Notes: generated from the letters alone by a model not told the origin. Counted from the first letter of the stretch, positions 13,522 to 28,888 are shown. The stretch is 64,000 bases of DNA from Octopus sinensis (GCF_006345805.1 NC_043005.1:55490001-55554000); one strand, 5' to 3'. A program made the numbers and translations.

Positions 13522-16092
13522 TAAAGAAGGAAGAAAGAGGAAAGAAAGATCCCAAAGTGGGCAACAAGAGATGGAGAAAAAAAACGACTGGTGTTTACGA
13601 AGTACACATGGTGAAAGGCGGAAGTTTACGATAACAAGAGCAAAGTAGGTTTTTAAAGCCAAAAGAGTGGAGACAGGGTTGGTAACGCAACAGATGTGTG
13701 TGTATGTGTGAGTGTGTGCGTGTGCGTGTGTGTATGTGTATGTGAGGCGAGATAAAAAAACAAAAATGGTATATGTTAGTGTATGCGTCTGTGTGTAGGC
13801 GTGTGAGGTAGGGCGAACAGTAGTAGGCAGCAGACAGTGGTCAGTAGTAAGAAAATGAAGGAAGGAGGAAGGGAGGGAGGGGAAGGGGTGGGGGCGTATG
13901 TAACGTGCCAGCGTGTGTTGAGTAGTAGTGTGTGTGTGTGTCCAGTGTCGTGGTTGTATTAATGGCGAGTAGATTTGAAGGGTGTGTAAGAGTAATGTAT
14001 ATATTTAAGCAATGTGTGTGTGTGAGTGGGGTGTATGTATGTGTGCGCGTGTGTGTAACAAAAAAGGGGGGGTTATAAGAAAAAGGACTCCAGCTGAGGG
14101 GAAGATGGAAGAGTGGTCCCGTGGAGACGGGCGTGGGAGAACCCAAGGACAAGCGACGGCCCCAGGAACGAGCGGGAGGTCCAGCCGGGTCACGAGCGAG
14201 GTGCATGCATGCGCGTATGCGTACGTGAACCGCGCAAGCGCGCGTGTGCGCGCGCCTGCGAGTGTGAGAGTAGTATGTATGTGTGTGGATGTGTGAGTGT
14301 GTCTGTGTGTATGTCTGGGTGTCAGTGTGTCCGATGAATGTAGGTGAGTATGTGTGTATATATGTGTGTGCATAGATGTAGTCCGTGTGTGTGTGTGTGT
14401 GTATGTCTATGAGTGTGTATGTATGTACTGTGGGGTGTGTGGAAGTGTGTGTATGTGCATGTGTGTGCGCGTACATACAGGTGTGTGGGAGTGAGTGTGT
14501 GTGTGTGTATGTATGTGTGAGTGTGTATGTATGTGTGTTAGGATGCATGTATGTGTATGGGTGTATGTATGTGTGTGTGTATGTATGTATGTGTACGTGC
14601 GGTGTGTGGTGGTATGCATGTATGCGTGTAGGTGTGCGCGTGTGGCATGCATGCATGCATGTGCGTATGTGTGTGTGTGCATGTGTATGGGTATATATGT
14701 ATGTGCGTATATGTGTGTATTGTGCGTACATGTGTGTGTGTGTATGCATGTGTGTGTATGTAGGTGTGTAGGCGTGTGTGTATAGGTGTATGTATGTAAG
14801 TATGTATGGGTGTGTCCGTGTATGTGTGTGTATGTATGTGTGTGTATGTTAGGTGTGTGGGCGTGTGTGTATAGGTGTATGTATGTATGTCTGGGTGTGT
14901 CCGTGCATGTTTGTGTGTGTGTGTGTGTATGCATGTGTATGTAGGTGTGTGTGTACGTGTGTAATGTATGTGTGTATGCGTGTGTGTGCGTGTGTATGCG
15001 TGCGTGGTGTATGTGGTGCGTATGTATGTGTGTGGGAGTGTAGGTGTGTGTGTGCGTGTGCGTGTTTATGTTGGTGTGTGCGTATGTGAGTGTGAGTGTA
15101 TGAGTGTTTGTCATGCATGTGTGTGCGCGTGCAGGCGAGTGTGTGTGTAAGTATGTGTGTGTGTATGTTTGTGTAAGTGTATGTGTGTACGTCTGTGTGT
15201 ATGTATGTGCGTATAGGAGTATGTAGGTATGTGTGTGTGTATGTGTATGGGTGTATGTATGTATGTGTGTGTGTGGGCATGTGTATAAGTATATGTGTGT
15301 GTGCGTATGTGTGTGTATGTGTATGTGTGTGTGTGCGGGTATGTGTGTGTGTGTGTATGTGTGTGTGTGAGTAGGTGTGCGTGTATGTATGTGGGTAGGG
15401 ATGCATGCGAGTGTGTGGGTATGTGTGCATACATACGCACGCGCACACCCGAAGCAAGCCCACACACACGAAGCGCGCTCACGCACACAACGCACAAGCA
15501 ATACAACGCAAGCCCATGGCGCCGACCAAGCCCCCAGCGCGCGCCAAGGCGCGCGAGCGCAAAGGCCCTCGAGCGACCCGCTACGCAGGAACCGAGGATC
15601 CATCAGCCAAAACCGGAAAGCAGGAAAGAGGGGGGGGCTGCCTGGATGCAAAAAGGTGTATGTGTGTGTGCATTCAGTGTAAGGGTGTGCATGTGTGGGT
15701 ATGTATGTATGTGTGTGCCTACATGTATGTGTGCATGTGTGTGTGTGAAGTATGTACGTGCGGTGTGTGTGTGTGAGTGTGTGTGTATGTATGTGCGTAT
15801 GTATGTGTGTATGTATGTGTGTATGTATGTCTGTGTGTGTGTGTGTGTAAGTATGTATGTGTGTGTGTATGTATGTATGTGTGTGTGTATGTGCATGTTG
15901 GTTTGTATGTTAGTGTGTGCATGTATGTCTATAAGTGTGTGTGATTAAATGTGTGAATGTATGTACGTAGGTGAATGTATGTACGTAGATGTGTCTACGT
16001 ATGTGTGTGTGTGAACAGGCGTGTGGGAGGTAGGTAGGTGTGTGTGTGTGGGTGGTGTATCCGGGAAACAAAAAAAGAAGAAGAAGAGGACC

Positions 16093-17844
16093 TCAAGAGG
16101 AGGGGGCTGTGTTAAGTCCGTGTGGGGTAGTAGTTTGTAGGGTGAAGATGTAGCGTTGCTCCAAGTGGAGCCTGGAAAGTGGGCGACCATTGTGGGGGGC
16201 GAGACCAAACACTGAGATGTCATCTAGGGAATGGCCGGCCGAGCGGAAGTGGCGTGCGACGGGAGAAAAAGAGTGTAGGCGAACGTCCCTCAAATGTTCT
16301 GTGAATCGGTCGGACAACCGGCGTCCCGTCTGTCCTACGTACAGCATCCCGCATAGGTTGCATTTAATGCAGTAAATAAGGCCAGACGAGGTGCACGTAA
16401 AAGAGTGCCTAATGCGTACAGTATGCTGGTTGGAGCCGGTGACAGCGGTGGTGTTGGTGATGAAAGGGCAAGTGTTGCAGCGGGATCTAGAGCAAGGGAA
16501 TGATCCGTGTGGGGCTGAGGGGGAAGGAGAGAGGGTGCTGTGGACCAGGAGGTCACGCAGAATGCGGGCTCGTTTGAAGGAGGACAGGGGTGGGTTAGGG
16601 AAAATGGGGCGGGTGTGGGATCAAGCTGGAGGCGACGAAGGCACGTAGTATCTTGGACGAAAGGGGTAGGGTAGAGGGGTGGAAAAGGAGGGCGAAGGGG
16701 GTGCGGTTGGGGGGTGGGCGGGGCGGGGGGAAGGAGACAGGCGGTGGTGCGGTCGATGCGACGGGCGCGGGTGAGGTCATCGGAGAGGAGTATGGGTGGG
16801 TAACCTCGGAGTCTGAACATGCGGGCCAGGTATTGAGATTGGGTCTCGAAATCCTGGTCGCGGCTGCACAAACGTCGGAGGCGGAGGAAACTGGGGAGTA
16901 GGGGATGGCTCGTTTGGTGTGGAAGGGGTGGGAGGAAGAGAAGTTGAGATAGAGGTGGGAATCCGTAGGTTTAAAGAAGGCGGTGGTGGTGAGAGAGTTG
17001 GAGGGGTGATCGATGCGGAGAGAGATGTCAAGGAGTTGACAGAGGTGTTGGAGATGGTGGAGGTGAATTGAAGAGAGGGGTGAAAGTTGGAAAGGAAAGA
17101 GATGAATTGGCAGAGAAGTTCACGGGAAAGGGAGGTGGCACCTACGCAGTCGTCGATATAGCGACCGTATAGTTCGGGGGTCGGCCCAGAAAACTGGGAG
17201 AACACTTGGGCCTCAATGTAGCCAAGAAAGAGATTGGCGAAATTGGGGCCCATCCTAGTTCCCATCGCGACCCCGGACACCTGTTGGTATGTTTCCCCGG
17301 CGAACGTGAAGCAATTGAGGGTGAGGACGATCTCGGCCAAACGGAGAAGGGTGGGGGTGCTAGGGGTGGGGTCGGGACGACGGTCGAGGAAGTGTTGGAG
17401 GGCTAGGAGACCGTCATTGTGGGGAATCACTGTGTACAGGGATTTTACATCTAATGTGAAGAGGAGGTGTGAGGGGCTGGAAGGAAGGAAAAGGAATTGA
17501 AGAGACGGAGGGCGTGGTTGGTGTCGTGTATGTGGGATGGGAGGGCTGCGACTAAGGGGGACAGGATGCGGTCGAGGTATAGGGAGATGAGTTCAGTGGG
17601 GCAATTACAGGCAGAGACTATGGGACGGCCAGGATTAGAGGGTTTATGGATCTTGGGAAGGAAGTAGATGGTGGAGGTGCGGGGTGTGCGGACGATGAGG
17701 TTGGTGGCGGTGGGGGGGAGAGCGGAAGAGGAGATGAGGTCGCGGATGGTGGAGGACACTCGCTGTTGGTAGGAGGAGGTGGGATCGGAGGGGAGGAGGC
17801 GATAGAAGAGGGGATTTTGAAGCTGGTTGAGCGCTTCCTCTCTG

Positions 17845-17845
<1 letters not shown>
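16093..17845 (-). pseudogene. PLE reverse transcriptase + Cys-rich linker + GIY-YIG endonuclease (frameshifted)
   Basis: YFLPKIHK...PGRPIVS; GVAMGTRMGPNFANLFLG; GRYIDD; FPCSRSRCNTCPF...FTCTSSGLIYCIKCNLCGMLYVGQTGRRLSDRFTEH...VARHF...GLN, spread over ORFs 17451-17897, 16777-17430 and 16093-16347. Confidence 0.93.
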
Positions 17846-17884
<39 letters not shown>

Positions 17885-17917
17885 CATGCATATACATGTA
17901 TGTATATTATATATATA

Positions 17918-17955
<38 letters not shown>

Positions 17956-18013
17956 TAGATATATATACAATAAATATGTATATATACATGCACATACATA
18001 CATGTATTCATGC

Positions 18014-18083
<70 letters not shown>

Positions 18084-18463
18084 AATATATATGTATATAC
18101 AATATATAAAACAAATTAAGAATGGAGTTTCTGATATATTTATTCCACAGTTTACAATCTTTCAATAACTCATGGGAGACATATCAATTAACTAGCAAGA
18201 AGGCATGAATGACACTGTGATTTTATCATTGTTTGCTGGAGTGCCACCTGAGGTAAATATTTGGATCGTTTTATCTCCTCTCATTTATATGTGCATATAT
18301 GTGTGTGTGTGCATGGATGTGTGGGTATTTCTATATATATTACGCAATGTATTATATATGCTTGTTGTCATACACAAACTGCCTCATTTTATAGGTACAA
18401 ATATACAATCATTCCAAAATCCAAAGCCCTTCTAATCCCAAACATTTCAGATAAATGATTACT

Positions 18464-18503
<40 letters not shown>

Positions 18504-20510
18504 CACACACACACACGTGCATACATACATATATGCATGCATGCACACACACACATATTATGTCTTTGTGTGCATGTATATATATGCATATTGGTACAGT
18601 AAACATTTCAAACCATTCAGGTGACTGCTAGTTTCACCAATCAGATATGTTTTAAATGTAAGATAATCCAGTACTTTGAAACTGATGGTTTATCAACTCT
18701 GCTGTGGATAATATGTATTTTATTTTTTTATACATGGGATAGATATGACAAACTTTCAGCTACAAATACTGAGTATACTACTATTTCCAATGTGATTGAC
18801 AGCTTCCTAAATGATTTGTACATTTGTACTGTACAAGTATATATATTATTCACTTATTCTTTTTATCTCTGAAAGCATTTGGTACACTTTATGTTATCAT
18901 CATCATTTAACATCTATGGTCTCTACTGTCATGTGTTGGACAAATTAACAAGATTCAATGATTCCAAGTACTACAGCATGCTCCAGTGTCTGCTTTGTCA
19001 TGATTTCTATATCTCGATGCCCTTCCTAATACCAACCACTCTACAGCATGTACTGGATACTATTTTCATGCCAAGGCTACAAACCTTGTGTGGAAGATTT
19101 ATGTTTTGGATGAGGGGTTAAAATATGAGAGAAAGGATCAGAGCAGAACAGGTTTTGCTGTAGTGGTGCTACATAGCTTCTCCCATTTTAGAAGAGAGGC
19201 TGGAGGGGATCGGGTGGAGGTGCTGAAAAGGAACAAAAATAGGGATGATGAAGTGTCTGGGTTGATCCTTGATTATAAGGAGAGTAGAAGTGAGTGGGGG
19301 TGAAAAACTTGGAGTGTGAGTGGGCAAAGGCTGTAAGTGTGCATGGGAAAGTGAGAGATGGGGAATGGGTGATGGAATGAATATAACTGAAGAAAAGTGA
19401 GGAGAGAAGGAGAGAGAGAAAGAAAGAAAGTAAGAAAGAAAAAAGAAAGAAGGAAAGAAAGAATGAAAGAGAAAGAGAGAAGGTGTTTGATTGGGTAGAT
19501 TGACAGTGTGTGAAGGGGAGGGGCTGGCTTAGTAAATGGGAATAGCAAGAGTCATATGGTGAGAAATGGCTCAGGGTGGGTGATCAATGTAAAATGTAGG
19601 TGGAGAGGACAATATAAAGATGAAGGATGGATATCATGTGAAATGGTTCTGGGCTGTGAGAAAATTAGTGGTATTAAGGAAAAACTGCACTTAGAGGGAT
19701 GATGGGATGTGAGTTCTCTTGAGGGGGAAATTATATACACACAACACTTCCAGAACTTAGTATTTCTGAGATAGAGGGGTCTTCTTGAGAACCATATATC
19801 ACCAGTCATACTACTCCCTTGTCATCTCCTCTATGCGGTTCAAAGTTCTGAGATCAACTTTGCTTTCTTTCCTCCATAAAATACAGTAACATTCGAGTTT
19901 TGAGATTGATGTTATCAACCATACACCACTCTTAAATTTCAGATCTTGTGCCTATGTTAGAAACAACTATTTTTTCAGACATACTGTATTTAGATCCACA
20001 ACTATCCAATATGTCCTTCCTTAACATTTTAAGACCACAGAGAGAAACCTGAGAAAGGGTCTGTTGCTATTTCTAGCAGATCAAGCTGCTAGAAATTACA
20101 TCTTTCATTGGCTTGATGCACCATACGGAGAAATATTATCTTCATCTGGTCAAGTGCAGTTCATAAAAAGACAGTTTTTCTCTATTTGAGAACAATGAAT
20201 ATCTTGTGTGTTCTCCATCAAATCTTGAGAAGAATAAAATAATACTTTTGCTTGTTGTATAGTATTTTTACTTACTTATTTCTTACTTTATAACTTTCTT
20301 TCTTTCTTTCTTTGCAATCATCAGTAACATATGGGGATTTGATAATATCTCCACATGATAGAGCACTTTCTAATACCATTTTCTCATGGGATAACTGGTG
20401 GAATATCTCTTTTATACTTTTATACAATTGTATCATTCTGAAAGATAGGTCACTAATTTAAGACTTGCTATATATTTTTAGATGCAAATACATATCCATC
20501 TATGTATGTA

Positions 20511-20561
<51 letters not shown>

Positions 20562-20637
20562 GCACAACAAAGACTAAATGATCAGCATTGCTGCAGGGGT
20601 GCCCATTTTATTTTGACTATTATCATTGTTATTATTA

Positions 20638-20704
<67 letters not shown>

Positions 20705-20929
20705 CATCATCCTCATTATTATTATCTTCACCATCACCATCATCATCATCATCAACACAGTTGTTGTTGTTGTTGTTGTCGTCATCATCACCATCGTCGT
20801 TCTTGTTGTTGTATTTGCAGTTTTATTGGTTATGTTAAATTCTTCTGGAAATTCTTTTCTTTCTGGTTCTTTATTTCTCTACTTATTGGCTTTCTGCTTC
20901 ATTTTTACTCATTCTCCTTCACATTTTCA

Positions 20930-20974
<45 letters not shown>

Positions 20975-21054
20975 CTCTCTCTACCTCCCCCTCTTTCTGT
21001 TCTCTGTCTCTCTTTTTTGTGTTTTTGAAAATAGAGGTCTCTTTTCTACTGCTG

Positions 21055-21086
<32 letters not shown>

Positions 21087-21258
21087 ACTACAATTGTGGT
21101 TGTTCTTAATACTGCATGTACTATTTTTATACTTGTTTTTAATATAAATTATTATTACTACAATAACAATAATAATAATAATGAAAATAATAATAATAAT
21201 AATAATAATTTTAACAAGAACGAGAACAACAACAACAACAACAATAATAATGATGATG

Positions 21259-21289
<31 letters not shown>

Positions 21290-21836
21290 TAATAATAATA
21301 ATAATAATGATGATGATGATGATGATGATGATAATTATTATTATTAATTTATTTATTTTATTTATCATTTGTGAAGTACTGTTTGCTTCCATGTCTAGAA
21401 TTGTTCTATTTTGGAGTTGGCTACTTGTACTAAGTCACATTTGTTTTATCTTGAGAACTTTCTGCATTCAGTAGAAATATTGTGTTCTAAAGAGCAACTA
21501 GCCACTGCTGTCCACATCAACAACAACCATTAACAGGGTTGTTGATTTTTTTTTTCATCATCTACTTATAACTTACTCTCTCACTCTCACTCTCATTCTC
21601 ACAATACTTTTCTCTCTCTTTCTCATGTACATAAACTCCAGACAGACAAGCATTCACACGCACGCACACACACAGAAGTGCACGTTGCACATATACATAC
21701 ACCACATAGGTATTCACACACACACACAATTGCACATAAACAGACACAAAACAGGTATTCATACACACCCAGTGGTCCATTTTTTCTTCTATTGTTCATT
21801 GTAAAACTGTGTCTGAGATTTGTATGTCCCCATGTG

Positions 21837-21870
<34 letters not shown>

Positions 21871-21883
21871 TACATATAATATA

Positions 21884-21949
<66 letters not shown>

Positions 21950-22102
21950 TATGTATATATATAATATAATATATATATATATATAATATACATACATATA
22001 TATATATATACGCACACACATATATGCATATGCACATATATATATGTATATATATGTATATATGTGTGAACAAATATGTATATATATATATATGTGTATG
22101 TG

Positions 22103-22142
<40 letters not shown>

Positions 22143-22370
22143 TATAGATATATACATATATATACATGTATATGTGCATATATGCATATTGAGATATATG
22201 TGCATATATGTCATACATATGTGTGTGTATATGACTGCTTATGTATATGTGTATATATATATATATACACAAATACATACACACACACCTATACACATAA
22301 ACATATATCATTGATACATATACATATCTATGTATGTATATATGTATATTATGTATATATGTATACATAC

Positions 22371-22406
<36 letters not shown>

Positions 22407-23254
22407 CTGTATGTGTGTGGCTATAAGTGTCCATATATACATACTCAAACACACACTCATGCACTCTCTCTCTCACACACACACACTCACACACACATAC
22501 ACACAAACATAGATACCCACATATATACACAGATGGATGCATATATGTATGTATATAATTCATTCTATCTTTGCAGACATTTCGTCATTTCTAAAGAGGT
22601 TTTCTTTTCTCTTTTTTTTTTCAACTCTGTTCTTTTGATGTTGTTTCTAGTTTCATCAGTTGTCGTTTCTGTCCATTATACACGCCTCAAGCATTGTTTT
22701 AAACTCAACTAATTTTCTTTAAAAAAGAAAAAAACATAAAAAGGTGAAAACAGAAAAAGAAGCAAATAAAAACTTAAGTTAAAAATAAATAAATAAAATT
22801 AAAAAATGGCATTTTTTTAATGCCATCAGTATTTTAATGTTATTTTTTTGTTTGGAGGGTAGTGGTTTTATTTCTGAATATTTTTTTTATTTAAAAACAA
22901 AATGAAAAAATAAATAAATGAAATAAAATTCTTTTATCAACTCTTTAGAACTTCTTCAGCCAATTCTAATATTGGGTGTAAACAAATGGACATAAATGTT
23001 TTTGTTGTATTATTTTCATTTTTTTTTGTCTTATTTTAGTGGGATATTCTTTCTCTCTGTCTTTCTTTTTTTTCTCTTTTTCTTTCTTTTTTTTGAATTT
23101 TTAATTTTGTCTTTTATGGTTTTTATTGTCTTTTTGTTTTTTGCTTATTTTGTTATCAATTTTCAATAGTTTATTCAGCAATAAAGTAATTAAAAATTTG
23201 GTTTGGTATGAGTAAGAGAGAGAGAAATAAAGAGACAGGCAGGCAGACAGATAA

Positions 23255-23291
<37 letters not shown>

Positions 23292-24406
23292 CAGAGAAAG
23301 AGAGAGAGAGGGAGGGAGAGAAGGAGAGAAAGAGACAGGCATATAGACAGACAGACAGAGACATCAAGAAAAGAAAGAAGAGAAAGCAAGAGAGACAGAA
23401 GTTAAAAATATATACAATGATAACAATTGAAAAAAAAATTGAAAAAATTAATAAAAAGACACATAAAAATAAAAATAAGAACAACAACACGCAAGGTAAA
23501 AATTAGGCGTATTGTTAAAATTAAAATTTTATCATTATCTGATTAGGACAGGCGTTACCATTGAGGTATTCTAGATGTTTGATAATAGAATAAAAATCCT
23601 TGTCATACAAAGAAACTAAATTCATTTAATAAATGATTGGTGAAACAGTTCCTCAAGCACAATTACCAATCAAGAAATATTTAAATATGAAAGAGTGTCT
23701 CACTTTGAAATTAATTTTTTTGAATATGTTTTCATATTGGAAGAATAAAAATTAAAAATAAATATATTTTCATTTTTTTTTGCTTAATATATATATGTGT
23801 GTATGAGTGAGTGTATGTATATAACATACATATATATATATATATATGTGTGTGTGTTTGTGTATTTGTGTGTGTGCATGTGTGTGTGTTTTGTTTTTGC
23901 CTAGAATTTGAATCTTAATAAAGAATTATGTGCGATATCAGAAAAAAATATATTCCTGATTATAAAATCAGAACACCATATAATAGAGATAATAGAATAG
24001 GTCAGTAGAATAGCAAAAAGAAAAAAAAGAGAAAAAAATGAGAAAGTTTGCTGTTGTTGTTTATGTTGTTATTGAAGTCATAGTTTATTTTTAAAAAAAA
24101 AAACAACTTTCTTCTTGATTTTTTTTTTTGTTATGCTGTTACTGTTGCCTTTTTTTTTTTTTTTGGAAATGCAAATTATTTCATATCAGACTTCGATATT
24201 TTCCTGTCCTGAAATTGTACATCAATGATTTTATTTTATTTGATCTTTTGATTTTTAGTTGTTTTTTTTTTTTGTTATTGTTGTTTGATTGTATTTTATG
24301 TATTTTTAGGAAGCCTAAAAATATATAAATAAATTAATTACAGATAAAAATAAAACAAGAGAGCTAGAAGGATATGTCTGTATGTGTGTTTGTTATTGTA
24401 TTACAT

Positions 24407-24442
<36 letters not shown>

Positions 24443-24689
24443 GTAATACAGTAACATATATATGTGTGTGTGTGTGTGTGTGGCTAACGTTAAAATATTT
24501 ATTTGTTACATGATAAAAAGGCTATTTCACTTGTATAGCTTCGTGTCCCTGAAATAACAAATGACCTAACTTATATATATATATATATATATATATGAAA
24601 AAAAGAAGAAAACACTATGTGATCTGAATATAGAAATTTAAAGAGATTCCTGTATTGCAGCTCAATGATTTAATAGACAACTGCTTACA

Positions 24690-25100
24690 CTAATGACCAT
24701 TAGTGAAACAGTTAATATGGCAATAACTCCTGTAATCCATTGAATTTCTAACAGGAAGTCCAGGCAAGAATTTGAGACCTCAACTCTCAGTCCACAACAA
24801 TTTTTCGCCCATGAGTCATGGACCTCAGTTACAAATGAGTTCATTTTATTCATATGCTTTTTGCAGGGAAACAGGAATTTTCTTTTTTGTGTGTCTGATG
24901 TGTATTTTGCCTAATCAAGAATGTTTATCAGCCCATCCTTGACAACAGATCATCCATGTCCACATTGTCAAAGCATTAATTAAAAGGATACCTGGTCAAA
25001 GGCCAAGTAAACTTCTTGACTCTGGGCAAGCACTGGATGCCCTTAAGAAATGGTATCTTCGCTGTTGCACCAATTTTGATATCAGAGGACTCCTAAGCTG
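24690..25100 (-). pseudogene. Highly decayed CR1-like LINE 3' fragment
   Basis: Weak resemblance of minus-strand peptides (FDNVDMDDL; MNSFVTEVHDSW) to CR1 RT C-termini. Confidence 0.3.
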
Positions 25101-25634
25101 TTTGCAAAAACACTCACCACTCCACCCCCATGCACTCTGGACAGACACTGCTTTTAACAGAACCCTAAATTCATTTTGCATGCATACACATAGCTACAAA
25201 AACTTATACCAAGTGCACACACATTCTGTTGTATATACATATTACCAATAGTGCAACTAAAACATTCTCAAAGCATGCCAATGATTAATACTAACACACA
25301 AACACAAAAAAATAATCAAGAACTTTTGTTAGCTAAAAAGACATTTTTAACTCTTCCTTTCTATCAAAATTTTCCAAAATTTTCTCAGGATTGGTAGTGA
25401 TATAAAAATATATACATTTATTTGTAAGAAAAGATTCATCTGTATTTTTCTCCTCTATAATATATTAATCTTGTGCAACTACATTTCAGTTGAAGTAACA
25501 CTGTTTAATGCTTCTTCTTTTATTTCTACCATTGACTTGCATTGAACATATGTCTTTCAAAACTAAAAATATACTGTTTCTCACAGTAATACTTTGGCTA
25601 GTAAGTATTATACATGCCCACAGTAGATTCTTAA

Positions 25635-25825
25635 CCCTTAGGTATTCAGATTATTCTGCAAAACGTAATGCTTATTTATTCACATAGCTTTGAGATTTCT
25701 ATGATATGATTGTTTGTTTTCTGAATGCCATTGCAGAGCAGATGTGAGAGGCCAAATCAGACAATTTTGAACATAAAACGGGTAGAATATTTGGGCCTGA
25801 TATGGCCGGTTTAAATGCGAAAGGG
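25635..25825. mobile_element. piggyBac-like MITE
   Basis: TTAA|CCCTT...AAGGG|TTAA termini with TTAA target duplication (25631-25634, 25826-25829). Confidence 0.8.
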
Positions 25826-27702
25826 TTAAATCACAAACAATACTAACAAGATTTGTCTGAGATTCTGGAAATCACCAACCTCTATCGGCTAATTAGATGA
25901 GCCGCCAACACATTACTGGTACTTTATTTAATGTCTTAAAAAGATTGGACGTGTGAATAACAAAGTTGATCTCAACAAGCAAATGTTGATCTCAGCAAAC
26001 TCAGAATGTAAATGACTAGAACAATTGCTACAAGGTATAATGATATTTTTGCTGTTGATCTACCTTCTTAAGATATCATCTTTATATAATGTATCCAGAA
26101 TAATTCAACATGTTTGAACTAACTCTTCTGCAGTTAAGATAAGAATTCATCATCGTTATCCAAAGGAATACTCATAAGTCTAACAATACTCCCACTGTTT
26201 GATTACATTAGTGTTAACATGCTTAATACAAAGAACATTAAAAAGCTAACAAAAAATAATTATGCAATAAAGAGAGAGAGTGAGAAATTATTACTAAATA
26301 ATTAATTCAGTTTAATTATTTTAATTATGAATATTTAATATTTTAATTATTTAGGTAAGTATGTGAGATAACTCCGAGCATATTTTAATCTTATTACGAT
26401 CTCATCTGCCAATTGATAGACTTCATCAAACTTGCTTAAATAGTAATGAGAGAATCACTAAATAAATGTAGTGGACTGCACATTGGTTGGCATGGAAAAT
26501 TATAGAATTTTTAAAGAATAAATAACTCAAATAGATTATTCACATAAAAAAAGAACAAAAACAAACAAAATCATATCACTATATGCAAACCATTTATAGC
26601 TGGCTAGGTGGACTGGGTCACTGAATATTAAATGTTTTGACTACAAACTAATTGTAGCAGTAGTGACAGAATACAAACAAATGACCATGTTGAAATCTGT
26701 CTGGCAGATGAAGAAAATAAATCAATTAAAAAGCATCTAAGAATCAATGAGTTCTGCTAGAATTAGTGTTTTCATTTATAACAAAATATCTGGCTGAATC
26801 AAATCGTTGGACTATATTATAAAACAGTTTATTCATTATATTCTCTCAGCCACAACCTTTTTGGTAGTTTAGCCAATACCCTATTGACTTCCTCATCATC
26901 AGCTCACAGTTTTAGTACATAGCATTATTGTACACTGCTTAATAGGAATTTTTAGTATTCTCCAGACAATTCTCCCTCATCTACATAAATATGTGTGGAC
27001 TTTGCTCCAGTCTAGCTCTTACTGCTCTCCTGACAATAACCAAAAAGAAAAACCCACAAAATCTTATTTTACCTCTGAAATACAAATCACTTATCTTCTC
27101 TTCCTCCTCACTTCCAACTCTCTCTCTCTCTCTCTCTCTAGCCTAGGATACACTCTACATATAGAATATCTTTCTAAAAGGTGGTATCTACTCATGTAGA
27201 ATCCATTCTCTCTGTCAATCACTTCTCTCCACTGAATCTCAAAGTAAAAAGACTTCCACCTATTTCTCTAAGTCACCTGCCACCTTTATTCACTTTCTGA
27301 ACTCCCCAAACACCAACAGTTGTTTGATTATCAATCACCCTGTATTGAGGACATCTATCACAAAACACCACTTTCTGACGTTCTCAATCTGTCTGCTTCA
27401 TCATACACAAATCCTCTTGGCCTTCACACTGACACCATTAACACAGATACCAAGCCATTTGCTATTCTCAACTGTTTTCAGAAATTAGAATCTTCATTTA
27501 TCTCTTTTTCCTTCTTTGAAACACAGTCTCTTAGAAAAAAGAAAAAAGACATTTGACCTCTTTTTCACTCCACCAAACTTAACCATAACCCACTCAGCAG
27601 TTCTGTGCATCATTAAAGAGGTTTCACTGGAGTGTTCACAAGGCAACACACATCACATTTTTGTGCATAATAAACCCTGCTTTCTATGAATCTCTAGCCG
27701 AT

Positions 27703-28197
27703 CTTTTATCTTTTACTTGTTTCAGTCATTAGACTGCGGCCATGCTGGGGCACTGCCTTGAAGAATTTTTAGTCAAATGTGTCAACCCCAATACTTGATT
27801 TTTTTCTGTTTTTTTTTTTAAACCTGGTACTTTTTCTATTGTTCTCTATTACTGAACTGCTAAGTTACAGGGATGTAAACACACCAACACTGGTTGTCAA
27901 GTGATGATGGGGGACAAACACACATGCACATGCACACACACACACACACATACACACACACGCTCACACACAGCGACACACACATTGCGCTCAGACACAC
28001 ACACACATGTACAAACACACAGAAACACATGCACATACATGCATATGACAGGCTTCTTTCAGTTTCTGTCTACCAAATCCACTCACAAGGCTTTGGTTGG
28101 CCCAAAGCTATAGCTGAAGATACTAGTTCAAGGTGCCATACACTGGGACTGAACCTAGAACCAGGCGATGGGAAGCAAGCTTCTTACCACACTGTCA
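27703..28197 (-). mobile_element. SINE family A (tail, (CA)n, head)
   Basis: Reverse complement of the 1686-2125 layout; further decayed pieces at 28360-28790. Confidence 0.8.
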
Positions 28198-28888
28198 CAA
28201 ATTAGTTAAATGGCTAAAGCCCTGCTGGTTCAAAACTGACCACTGGCTGTGGATACAGAATGGCTGAAAAGTTAAGACATTTGTTTTGTAATCACAAAGT
28301 TTCAGATTTGGTCTTTCTAGAATGAATTCAAGTCCCACATGCTCATACACACACACACACAATGGGATTCATTCAGTTTTCATCTACCAAATCAACTCAC
28401 AAGGCTTTGGTCAGAATGGGGCTGTAATAGAAGATACTTTCCTAAGGTGTCATGCAGTAGAATTGAACCCAGAACCATGTAGTTGGGAAGAAAATTTCTC
28501 ACCACACAACCTGTCCTGGCCCTATTAATGCATTTGTATTTATTGTTTACTCTGATCTAGTTATTATTTTGTGCCAGTTCATCAACTACAAACTGTAATT
28601 CTTTTATTCTTTCATTCTTTTAATTCTTTTAGCCATTGGACTGTGGCCATGCTGGGGCACTGCCTTGAAAATTTCCTCCCCACTATTTATTCCTTTAAAG
28701 TCTAGCACTTATAGTGTCAGTCATTTTAGACAAACTGCTAGGTTAGAGAGGTATAAACAAATGAATACCAGTTCACAAACAACAAAAACATGCACACAGT
28801 CAAATATGTATTTGAATATGTCTATATATCTATGTTTTTAGGGAGGTACATACATGTCTAGTAACAATGAGCCTATTGGTCTATCTGG

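Larger units (their letters stand above)
13340..17845 (-). mobile_element. 5'-truncated Penelope-like retroelement (Neptune-type) with (CA)n-rich 3' region and inverted HHR-bearing end
   Basis: RT and GIY-YIG coding remnants at 16093-17845, HHR motifs at 13362-13521, (TA)n at both borders. That the (CA)-rich tract belongs to the element is inferred. Confidence 0.75.

Noticed and set aside
22630-22670. Minus-strand CUGAUGA...GAAA
   Set aside because: Only 5 nt lie between the motifs, and there is no stem I or III pairing.
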